DNA from: Laetmonice hystrix
Taxonomy: Eukaryota
NCBI GenBank assembly: GCA_965235115.1
Contig: OZ249441.1
Location: forward strand, 10,974,001-11,038,000
Reading direction: 5' to 3'
Length of the DNA stretch: 64,000 nt
Below are positions 1-10,661 of this stretch, in pieces (positions within the stretch are counted from its first letter, which is position 1; every line of letters begins with the position of its first letter). The notes beneath the pieces were generated by a model. The model did not search any database. It was not told where the DNA came from and saw only the letters and a program-made list of their open reading frames with translations. A program made the translations under genes and the position numbers.

Positions 1-1163
1 CGACCAGCATATAGTGCTATCACTGGGGGATGGTGACAGGCTGCCGTTATAATCCGTATCCATTTCTTGGCAACCTGTCACCAGATAATTAGGATTATTA
101 ACGTTTGGATTATAGCCCTGGCTATCACAGCTTGGTTGTTTTGAGTAGCCAAATTTAATTGCTTGAATCCTATCATATACTTATCCGACACAAACTCAAC
201 AAAACTACTAAAATATGTCTGCCGGCTTCATCCTCGAAACTATAGTGTGTGTGAAAGTGTGTGAAACCTATTAAATCCCTAACAACTTTATCCTTTAGTT
301 TCTACTGCTCGTATAGGACCTGCTTAATTGCTTTATTTGACTTATGATTTTATAATTTATACCTTTCTTTTTTTGATCTTGAAAAAGTACTCTCAAACGT
401 TGCAGAAGCAGAATTAGACATATGTATCAGGTGCGAAATAATACAGCCGTAAATAACTACAGTAATAGTCACATAACTGTTAATATATGTCTCTTAATAT
501 AGACCTATATTATGACATAATATACCAGTATATGCCTACAATGTGTAGAGTCTATCGGAAAGGGGGGGGGGGGGGGTCACATCTCCATGGTCGCCACCAG
601 TAAATTTTTTTTAGACACACAAATCATAAAATATATCGGTTGTGTGAACAGCGTTGATAGACGTAGGCTATATAGGCTACAATTAGAAAAAAACCCGTCC
701 TTGCCCTATACTTCTCTAGGTACACAGGAGGGAGCGTGCCGTATCTGGGCTCAGGTCGCTTGTCTTAGTGATCTATCGATTCATGGTTCATGTAGGCCTC
801 GCCGACCGAGGACCTACGTCAGCTCGTGCAGGTGGTCGGTCGGCCGACCACCGGGACTGACCGTGGGAGTCTCGGGGCGCGTTCAAGGCCACAGTGACGG
901 TCGTGTATCCCAGTCGGCACGTGGGGACGGGACGGGCCGGGCCAGACTCCCGGGTCAACACAACGACAGGCACCGACACGTTTGGTAGTCCCGTGATGGA
1001 ATGTCACCGTCGCTTCACCAGGCCGATAGGATCATGGCGTCACCTGTATTAAACAATTTACATGTATGATATGATGCATGCCATAGGCCTATCTGATATC
1101 AGTGGGGGTTTTAAGGAGGGCGGGGGTGGGGGGTGTTATACGAAGTATTTTTTTTGCTAAATG

Positions 1164-1250
1164 TTTAGGCTAACATTACCTTGACCACCCAAAAGTTTAG
1201 GCTAACATTATAGGCCTACCTTGACCACCCAAAAGTTTAGGCTAACATTA
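1164..1250. repeat. Short local tandem duplication (32-bp CCTTGACCACCCAAAAGTTTAGGCTAACATTA x2, separated by TAGGCCTA)
   Basis: Identical copies at 1179-1210 and 1219-1250, with a partial copy at 1164-1178. Confidence 0.85.
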
Positions 1251-1666
1251 TACCTAGGCTATTATAACATTGTGTCTCTAAGTTCGTCTCTAAACGGTCC
1301 AAATGTCTGGATATATTTCATATTGAGGTCCTCATTGAGTCTAAATGCCTATACTGCTATTGTTAATTGATTACTAAGTTGGGCTTGCCAATGCCCACTG
1401 ATGAAGGCCTAGGCCTATGTAGGCCTCTATATCAGAGGCTTCCCATAAATGCGTTACCTAAGCCTAGGCCCCCCTCTGTCATAGCCGTGGCTGAATGATA
1501 AAGTCGGGGCTGATGCACTCAGTCACATGAATCAACTCGCTAGGGTTTGAGCGGGGGAACTCCGTACAACAGGCGGTTGTGTTGTGGTGGGACGCCAACC
1601 ATGTGTCTCAACAGGTGCGCGCGGGCGAATTTGCATTCCGCGCCACGACCTGCCCCAAACACTCTC

Positions 1667-1822
1667 ATTGGTCAATCTTTGAGAGCACTGGCCGCCGCTC
1701 CCCACCAGCTCCACCAATCAGCGAGCAGAACCTTGACACGGTACGCGCGCTCTCAGTCCACGACTCTGATTGGCTATTCAAGATACGCGCAGTAGTGGGC
1801 AGGGTGGGTTCGGGTATAAATA
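1667..1822 (+). promoter_or_regulatory. Core promoter of the Cip/Kip gene: three CCAAT boxes and a TATA box
   Basis: ATTGG at 1667, CCAAT at 1714, ATTGG at 1769 and TATAAATA at 1815-1822. These lie about 95 bp upstream of the ATG at 1916 in a CpG-rich segment. An E2F-like GCGGGCGAA is at 1621. Confidence 0.7.
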
Positions 1823-1915
1823 TTCCGCCCCGGGTTGACTGAACCAACACTTGCGAACTGCAGTACTACAACAACATTCGGAATACCTACCACAACACTG
1901 TCAAATCGTACCAAG

Positions 1916-2435
1916 ATGCTCGGTGAGTTGAACACGGCTATGTACAGACCAAGCAGGCGTTCTACCCTGCCTAAGAGCAGCAAGGTCCGGCGGTGCCTGT
2001 TCGGACGTGTCAACCACGAGGAACTGAACAAAGATTTGCAGAGAGAGATGCAAACCAACTGTCTACAGCAGAAGGTGCGCTGGAACTTCGACTTCGAGAA
2101 TGAGTGTCCACTGCCGGGCGGCCGGTACAACTGGACGGCGGTGGAGAGGTCGGAGTACGTGCCCGCAGTGTACCAGACGTCGTACTCAGCCCGGGAGCGT
2201 GTGCGACGGGCTGCGGCCGTGTCACGCACTGCCGGCCTGAAGCGACGACACCCGGACACGGAGCGCTCCGCCGAGCGAGTCCAGCACAAGGGCGGGGATG
2301 AAGAAAACATGCCGCTCACCCCCGAGGATTCTACGACAGCATCAGCCGTGGTGAACTCTACCTCAAACAGCCCGACTCTCGGCGTACGACGAGCCCTTCG
2401 GTTCTCACCAGTGACCGCGCAGTCACACATAACCA
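1916..2435 (+). CDS. CDKN1: Cip/Kip cyclin-dependent kinase inhibitor (p21/p27/p57/dacapo family), coding exon 1
   Basis: Translation has the cyclin-binding Cy motif (KVRRCLFG), then VNHEELNKDL...RWNFDFENECPLPGGRYNWTAV, matching the p27 CDI domain (VDHEEL...KWNFDF...PLEGKYEWQEV). The ATG at 1916 has A at -3. The donor A|GTAAGT is at 2436 (phase 1). The vertebrate paralogue cannot be assigned. Confidence 0.95.
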
Positions 2436-2923
2436 GTAAGTATTATTGCTGATATTCTGAGTAATATTAAAACACGTAGGCCTAGTTTGACTGTGCCGGG
2501 TTTGTTTGTAACCCGACCAGTCGCCACCAGGGACGGAGAAACGTGCCATGTGCGTGCCGCCATGTGGCGCTGGTACCGCGTGTTCATCTCGAAATTTGTG
2601 ATGCTCAAATATTCAGTTGTAGGGGTCTGTGTCACCAGCTTGAGAGTTAACGTTAAAAAGAACACCTATGTGGCTTATTATGGTACACTGAGTGACCACA
2701 TTGAGGTTTGGAAGATTATGTGAGTTTGTATGATGCATGGCTATGATTGGAAACTTCACCGATTTTACTGGGTCGTTTTCGAGCGGCAAGATGGCTTCGC
2801 CCAAACATGTTGCGAGAAAGTAGGTCGTCTATGTTTGGTGCGATGCTGCCATCTAGTGTTGAATGTACGCACTGTAGTTTAATGTTCAAAGTGATTAAAT
2901 GTTGTTTTACTTGGTTTTTGCAG

Positions 2924-2979
2924 CATATTTCCCTCAGAGGAAAAGGCAGAGGAAAGCAGAGAAAGCCGAACTTCACTAA
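2924..2979 (+). CDS. CDKN1: Cip/Kip inhibitor, coding exon 2 (TYFPQRKRQRKAEKAELH*); full protein about 191 aa
   Basis: Acceptor TTTTACTTGGTTTTTGCAG|C at 2923/2924. A phase-1 join gives QSHITTYFPQRKRQRK, a PIP-box/degron plus a basic NLS-like tail as in p21/dacapo. The stop TAA is at 2977-2979. Confidence 0.85.
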
Positions 2980-3134
2980 AACCCTCCGGATTTTAATCGA
3001 CGGACGTCGATTTTTTGGGGGCGAGGGCAGACCAGGGAGAGGGGATGTTTTACACCGGACGGTACTGACACCTAGTGGCCAACTTGTGAAGTTTCAGCGA
3101 CTTGATGCGAGGGAGCTGGGCCTTTATTTTCATG

Positions 3135-3356
3135 GTACGTATACTCATTGATCTATGGTATACCTTACACGGAACCCCTTACACAATATTAATACGTAAA
3201 ATAGTTAGTCATGTAGTGGTCTTGTAACTGTTGACACACGGTATCGTGTTATTTACTGTGAGATGTCGTGTGTTATCCTATACCTTTCAATAATATATTT
3301 TTACAATAATATTTTTTACGACTGTTGTTTAATATTTTATCTCCTTGTTCTTACAG
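3135..3356 (+). other. Probable intron in the CKI 3'UTR
   Basis: Donor CATG|GTACGT at 3135, AT-rich interior, and a strong acceptor TATTTTATCTCCTTGTTCTTACAG| ending at 3356. Confidence 0.55.
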
Positions 3357-4134
3357 ATGATGCCGTATTTTTGGATGGCATAACTGCACGGATTGAAGAA
3401 AGTCCATAATGTTGGAGAAACCCGTCGGCAGTGGACCCAGCCGAGGACACACACGGGCACTGGCCTGTGTCCACCATTACCGCCAGGGGTCTCCACCAGC
3501 ACTCTGTGATACTGATAGGAATAATGTTGTCAAGTCCACCAAAGTGGACCACGTTACTGAAGACTTGTGCCACGGTGCTACATGTTTCTACAAAGCAGCT
3601 ACTGAATCACTGGATTTTTATAGGGGAACGTGTGTAGCCCCTCTGTTGGATTTTGCGTTACTGCCAAGTGACAAGCAAACGCGGTGCGTTATTGTCATTT
3701 GGGCAAGTTAAAGAATACTACAACAAAAGTTTAAGCATTTGGAAAGGCGTCCATATGAAGCCTGCATATTTTTCCGACTGTGATCGCTATTTTGATGACA
3801 GTCTACACCGTGTTGTAGAACTTTGAAGCATTCCAGGAGAAAGCCAGGGAGTAGCTTTGTAGATGCAGCCAAACTGCATGGACATTCTGTTACCGATGAT
3901 GACGGTAGTGCATTTTGACAACGACTTCATTGTAACTTGCGCATTAGAATCTTACAATTAATTAAATTATTTGTACATAATAATTTGTGTGTATATAATG
4001 TGTATCTTGTGGTTGGCCATGGAGGCTCCACTCTTGCGCCTGGAACATGTGCCACCCTGCACTTGTAAAAAGAAATCCCAGGTCCTAAAATATTGTGAGC
4101 CTGATCTGTCAGGACGGCTAACCAAGATTTGTGC

Positions 4135-4140
4135 AATAAA
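4135..4140 (+). terminator. Candidate polyadenylation signal (AATAAA) of the CKI gene
   Basis: AATAAA followed by T-rich sequence, about 0.8 kb into the last exon. Confidence 0.55.
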
Positions 4141-5504
4141 ATGTTTATGATTCCATAATAATCGCATTTGTTTTTGCATTCTAATGCAACTAATGTAAAT
4201 AATCATTTCATCCCCGTGTCAAGTTGCGTCCCCATCGTGCACATCTTTATTATGGATCCTCCTTCATACGTGTCCGACTTCTAAGGAAACCCCATATTTG
4301 CCTCCTATTTTTTAAAAAATGATCTGTCGACATTGTGTTATATTGTTATTGTCTTGATATTGGCCTAATTTTAACATCCTGATTAGGACTGAAGGCAAAG
4401 ACGCAATAATCCCTTCTTGCTAAGTAAATCTCGCAAATAGGTCTAGTACGTTTTTGACAAGGTCCCTCCATTCTTCCCTGGTATACCAGATGTAGTTCGG
4501 CTTTAAGAATCAGAAGGTATTCTACAACAAGATTGGACAGAACACACCCGGACTGACAAGAAATTTCACGAGTGTCCGTACTTCAGCAACTCAACTCGAG
4601 GGTCTGCGACAATAGCATGACAAAGAAATGATACCAATGCCCATTAAAGGTTCATTTAAGAGTCTAGATGAATAGCCCATCGCTTTGTTTTGCTGTCATG
4701 CTCCTGTCTTCCAAACCTCGCTCCACTGCCGCCTGTGGCTGTGTTCGGAGTTCGCCCCCAAGAGCAGGCGACTAGTCGCATTCGTAGCCTTTTGACTCGC
4801 AGGTGGATCTAAGATTACAATCGTTTAGTTGATCTCCCACGATCTTGGTTACTCCGCCAAGCCGACTGTAATATCATACCTTGGTCCTGTGGTTTTGCAC
4901 TTGCAAGCCCCGTGTAAGTCACAAAGGGCTGGTATTAGATGAGGTTGATTATATGGCATCGTGATCTTTTTTTCTCAGCGGGTTCCGAGAGGTTTTCTGG
5001 CTCACGGGGCAAAAGTGATACGTGCAGTGTAGCGGAGTGCCGCGCGAGGGCGCCCACGTCGCTGACCAGGGGTCAGTTGTCGGGTTTAAGGGCACGCCTG
5101 GCGAGTTTATAGAAAGACGCAAAGAGAACAAGGCCTGGGCATGTGTAGTTTTCTCGGTGGGTGAGCTCAGATTTCTCAGTATAATATATCACTACGACCA
5201 ACGCCTCAGTCCACAATGGACGCGGTATGCTGCGGAACTTTATGGTTCTCAAGTCGGAAGTTTTTTCTCCCCTCCAGTCCGTATCCTTGATACCTGCATG
5301 TGTATCCCCTGTGAATCAACACTTATGATGGAGTCTCATCACAACTTGTGGACGTGCCCATGTGACACGACAATATGTCATGATTATACCTGCCTATCAG
5401 CGAATTGCCAATAAATAGACCCCACTTTTGTACTTATAGCTTCAATATTTGCGACCAAAGAACCCAAAGAGAGGGCAGATAGGCAGTTACGCCTATTGGG
5501 TTTA

Positions 5505-6032
5505 TAATATATGCTCACGTATAGGTAGTGAGGACCTGTTACATGTAGTATGTATGGACGGATGTCGTTTCCAGGTTTATAATACATTGTATATGCTCAC
5601 GTATAGGTAGTGAGGACCTGTTAGTATGTGTGGACGGATGCCGTTTGCAGGTTTATAATACATTGTATATGCTCACATATAGGTAGTGAGGACCTGTTAG
5701 TATGTGTGGACGGATGCCGTTTGCAGGTTTATAATACATTGTATATGCTCACATATAGGTAGTGAGGACCTGTTAGTATGTGTGGACGGATGCCGTTTGC
5801 AGGTTTATAATACATTGTATATATGCTCACATATAGGTAGTGAGGACCTGTGAGTATGTGTGGACGGATGCCGTTTGCAGGTTTATAATACATTGTATAT
5901 GCTCACATATAGGTAGTGAGGACCTGTTAGTATGTGTGGACGGATGCCGTTTGCAGGTTTATAATACATTGTATATGCTCACGTATAGATAGTGAGGACC
6001 TGTTAGTATGTGTGGACGGATGCCGTTTGCAG
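5505..6032. repeat. Minisatellite, 76-bp unit, about 7 copies
   Basis: GTATATGCTCACATATAGGTAGTGAGGACCTGTTAG...TTTATAATACATT recurs at 5589, 5665 and onward (period 76). The first copy is diverged. Confidence 0.95.
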
Positions 6033-6811
6033 GCGTGGGGCAGCCGGTGTCTGTCTGATTACAGGTGGTTGGGAGCACATAGCAGACAGTTTGGTCTTCG
6101 TACTCTCGATACGTATCGCTGACCAGCCTTCGTCTGTTTCTAGGGGCTCTCTCCGCCCAGGCCACAGCCCCGAGCTCAGAAACGTTACCATACGCATGGA
6201 TTACTCTAACAGCATCACTCGAGTCAGGTTCTGTAGGACTGAAGCACTTTGCACGTCAGCCATGATACCGGTACAGCTGACAACATCATAACGTTCAAAC
6301 TATATATCTTTGTTGTCCACTCTCCCCCGGAGCAGGAGGGTTTGTGTGTGTGCATGGGAATTGTTCCAAGGTCAAAGGTGTCCACCTCTGTCCACTCGGG
6401 CTGGTCGTTAGCCTGGTGCCTGCATGGTGACTGTGGAGATAGGCCATGTGAGTGGTCATCTTGACCGCAGCACACGGGTCAGGGCAATACGTCAATGGTC
6501 AACGGCTGCTTCTAATAGATGAAGGGACCTGCACGTGTCATGAGATGGCTATAATTCTATATCAATATTATTGAAGTCAATGCAGAATGATGATCATGAT
6601 GTATTGTCCTCGATGGTATACAATATTCGACTGACTGTAATAAATTACTATAATTGTCTGACTGAGTGAAGGAAGGCAAGTCATGTTGAGTGATAACAGG
6701 AGGGTGGCGGCATCTATACCTATATTGAACACACTCTGGCTACCCTTTAAATTACATAAACCGCTCAAGCATTCCCTCAGAGATGCACTATTCACTAAAT
6801 ACCCGATGTGC

Positions 6812-7531
6812 ATGGTGCATGCACCAAGCACAGAACATAGTCTCGCAGGTGTGTCTCTTAGTAACGTGACAATGGTGCATGCACCGAGGACAGAACATAC
6901 CCTCGCAGGTGTGTCTCTGAGTAACGTGACAATGGTGCATGCACCAAGCACAGAACATACCCTCGCAGGTGTGTCTCTGAGTAACGTGACAATGGTGCAT
7001 GCACCAGGCACAGAACATACCCTCGCAGGTGTGTCTCTGAGTAACGTGACAATGGTGCATGCACCAAGCACAGAACATACCCTCGCAGGTGTATCTCTGA
7101 CTAACGTGACAATGGTGCATGCACCAAGTAGAGAACATAGCCTCGCAGGTGTGTCTCTGAGTAACGTGACAATGGTGCATGCACCAAGCACAGAACATAC
7201 CCTCGCAGGTGTGTCTCTGAGTAACGTGACAATGGTGCATGCACCAAGCACAGAACATACCCTCGCAGGTGTATCTCTGAGTAACGTGACAATGGTGCAT
7301 GCACCAAGCACAGAACATACCCTCGCAGGTGTGTCTCTGAGTAACGTGACAATGGTGCATGCACCAAGCACAGAACATACCCTCGCAGGTGTGTCTCTGA
7401 GTAACGTGACAATGGTGCATGCACCAAGTAGAGAACATAGCCTCGCAGGTGTATCTCTGAGTAACGTGACAATGGTGCATGCACCCAGCACAGAACATAC
7501 CCTCGCAGGTGTGTCTCTGAGTAACGTGACA
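6812..7531. repeat. Minisatellite, 60-bp unit, 12 copies, stop-free in several frames
   Basis: ATGGTGCATGCACCAAGCACAGAACATACCCTCGCAGGTGTGTCTCTGAGTAACGTGACA x12 with no indels. It lies inside ORFs 6683-7600 (+) and 6577-7770 (-). Confidence 0.97.
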
Positions 7532-9448
7532 TGTACTCGGTACAGTAGAGAAAACACGGTTCTAGTTGTGTGTATCTCGAGGCGGTCAGCCACTTTATAA
7601 GTGACACCACTTTCCAGTCTTCCGCCCCATATACCGGTCAGTTTGGTCAGCAGCAGATGGTCGATTAGAACCCCCCTTGCCAGCGGGGGTTTGTATGTGT
7701 GCCCCTCCCCCCAATGTCCCTCCACTATACCTTCTCCTACCCTCACTGTCCCCTGCTCATTTACCGACACCCATCCATCACCTGTATATCACCCAGTCAT
7801 TCTACCGACACGTCAGCCCTACTGTTTGACCATTGTCCACCAACCACATTACAACTCGTACCAACGGAAGAACTCTCACTGTGACGAGTAGCGGCTACCA
7901 CGGCAGAGTTTCAATCACAACTCGGCCCAGGACGACCTGAGAGAGGGGTTACTGAAAAATACGGATCGTTCACAAGTCTGTATTGTACTTATAACAAAAC
8001 CACTGATAACCGTTTTGTCATAATCTGTAATCAACATTTGATTGAACGATGTTTTATTTAAACGGGAGAACTCGGGTATTGTTGAAATGGAACGGTATCT
8101 TCGGAAGATTGTTGCTTTACACTTGATTCTACTTCACAAGACATGTGTACCCCCCCCCCCCCCCCAACAGAACAAAATTTGAAACTTCTCTCCTTCTTGC
8201 ACTCATCCCACATGAGGCAGGACGTTCACTGACGTCCACGGGCCATGACCAATTCACCACCGGTGATGTATGTGGATAAATGAAGTGATTATATGCTTTG
8301 CTGGGGCTTTATGCAAATCTCATCAGTCACAAGGTACATAAAAAGCGCGCCAATACTTTTCTCGATCTTTGATTCTTTGGGGGTGTGGGAAACCCAATTG
8401 CTGATGAGCGCCATTCAAGTGGTTGCAGAAAAGTAGTATTTGATTGCTACCTCTTGGCCTGGACGCCGGCGCGGCCGAGTTTGGGTAATTTTTACAAATT
8501 GCAGCCCCAAAGTGCGGTCAAGGGGCATTAACGTCTGGTCGGTTATTTAGAGATGTGCACTCAGTGACGATGTACAGGTTGATGAAGGAAGGGGAGGAAC
8601 GCGTGGGGATGATTCCGATCTTCCTCCCTTTGTGGTCCAGTGGACATAATTGGGACGAGTTGGTATCCACTCCTCAGTGTTGACTCTTGGTATTGTCCGC
8701 CCAATTGTTTTGTTTACCATATCTGAGCGAGAACAAACATCAAAGAGAAATTCCTGCCCTTTCTTGTTCCTCACCTTTAATTGTATGCTTGGGATTGTTT
8801 GTCAGAGACGATTTCCAAAGGCAATTGGTAGATGAGAAAGGACAACAGGTAGTGAGAGATAATGACTGTTGTAACAGAGTCCAGAGGTGGGCAGGTAAAC
8901 GTAGGTCCCCGTCACAGATATAGGTTTGGATAAATGGTCCGCTATGTACGAGTCAGATGGCGAGCGAGGACATCAGGTGTGTGGCCAGCAATAGAACTCG
9001 GCTGTCGCCAGTTTCCGGCACTGACCGAGTCAAAGTACCCGTTTTAAGTTTGTATTAAACGCGTTCTATACACAGAACGTTAGAATTAGAACACGATCAG
9101 TCACTTATCATAGTAATCTACCGACCGAGATTTCTCAGAGCCATGGTGCAGCAATATGTGATTGAATACCCAGTTAGTTGGTCACCCAAGGAAATAAGGT
9201 CATTGTATCTACACCGCCTTTAAAATATAGCTTTGAATTAACCAACATAATAAATAATAAAGGTTTCCAAATCAATGACAATTTTTAAATCCTTGCATAA
9301 GATACAAGTCATGTGTATAATATATCTGGTGCACAGTAGTAGGAACTTACATATATATACAAATTACATTGAACCCTTCTCTACACATAATTATAGTGAC
9401 GACATCAACCAGCTCTCACCAAGATATGGCTGGTCACCGTGACAGTGT

Positions 9449-10661
9449 AGATTTCTTTGGTTAGTACGAAGTTGGTTGGGTGAGGTTGGGACTGTTTCTC
9501 TGTAGGAGAAACGTCAGGGTCTATTAGTGGTGAGGGATCCATGCAGATTCCTTTGGTTAGTAATGTGAAGTTGGTTGGGTGAGGTTGGGACTTCTTTGGT
9601 TAGTAATGTGAAGTTAGTTGGGTGAGGTTGGGACTTCTTTGGTTAGTAATGTGAAGTTGGTTGGGTGAGGTTGGGACTTCTTTGGTGAGTAATGTGAAGT
9701 TGTTTGGGTGAGGTTGGGACTTCCTTGGTTAGTAATGTGAAGTTGGTTGGGTGAGGTTGGGACTTCTTTGGTTAGTAATGTGAAGTTGGTTGGGTGAGGT
9801 TGGGACTTCTTTGGTTAGTAATGTGAAGTTGGTTGGGTGAGGTTGGGACTGTTTCTCTGTAGGAGAAACGTCGGGGTCTATTAGTGGTGAGAGATCCACC
9901 CAGATTCCTTTGGTTAGTAATGTGAAGTTAGTTGGGTGAGGTTGGGACTTCTTTGGTTAGTAATGTGAAGTTAGTTGGGTGAGGTTGGGACTTGTTTGGT
10001 TAGTAATGTGAAGTTAGTTGGGTGAGGTTGGGACTTGTTTGGTTAGTATGAAGTTAGTTGGGTGAGGTTGGGACTGTTTCTCTGTAGGAGAAACGTCGGG
10101 GTCTATTAGTGGTGAGGGAGCCACCCAGATTTCTTTGGTTAGTAATGTGAAGTTAGTTGGGTGAGGTTGGGACTTCTTTGGTTAGTAATGTGAAGTTAGT
10201 TGGGTGAGGTTGGGACTTGTTTGGTTAGTATGAAGTTAGTTGGGTGAGGTTGGGACTGTTTCTCTGTAGGAGAAACGTCGGGGTCTATTAGTGGTGAGGG
10301 AGCCACCCAGATTTCTTTGGTTAGTAATGTGAAGTTAGTTGGGTGAGGTTGGGACTTCTTTGGTTAGTAATGTGAAGTTAGTTGGGTGAGGTTGGGACTT
10401 CTTTGGTTAGTATGAAGTTGGTTGGGTGAGGTTGGGACTTCTTTGGTTAGTAATGTGAAGTTGGTTGGGTGAGGTTGGGACTTCTTTGGTTAGTAATGTG
10501 AAGTTAGTTGGGTGAGGTTGGGACTTCTTTGGTTAGTATGAAGTTGGTTGGGTGAGGTTGGGACTTCTTTGGTTAGTAATGTGAAGTTGGTTGGGTGAGG
10601 TTGGGACTGTTTCCCTGTAGGGGAAACGTCGGGGTCTATTAGTGGTGAGGGATCCACCCAG
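9449..10661. repeat. Compound higher-order minisatellite: 43-bp G/T-rich unit interspersed with 5 copies of a ~57-bp spacer
   Basis: Unit CTTCTTTGGTTAGTAATGTGAAGTTGGTTGGGTGAGGTTGGGA (39-bp variants also occur). Spacer CTGTTTCTCTGTAGGAGAAACGTCGGGGTCTATTAGTGGTGAGGGATCCACCCAG at about 9492, 9849, 10074, 10256 and 10607. Confidence 0.95.

Noticed and set aside
1774-2430. 218-aa minus-strand ORF
   Set aside because: It is the antisense shadow of the GC-rich CKI exon 1, with no recognisable domain.
2747-3151. 134-aa ORF overlapping CKI exon 2 in another frame
   Set aside because: It starts inside intron 1, and no phase-0 donor in exon 1 reaches this frame. The PIP-degron frame is much better supported.
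6788-7498. Cys/His-rich 20-aa repeat ORF (MFCAWCMHHCHVTQRHTCEG) suggesting a metal-binding protein
   Set aside because: Unit variants do not fall at third positions in this frame and the spacing matches no zinc-finger pattern. It is a by-product of the stop-free 60-bp unit.
8401-8455. CTGATGA...GAAA hammerhead-like core
   Set aside because: Stem II is irregular, the stem III junction mispairs and stem I cannot form.
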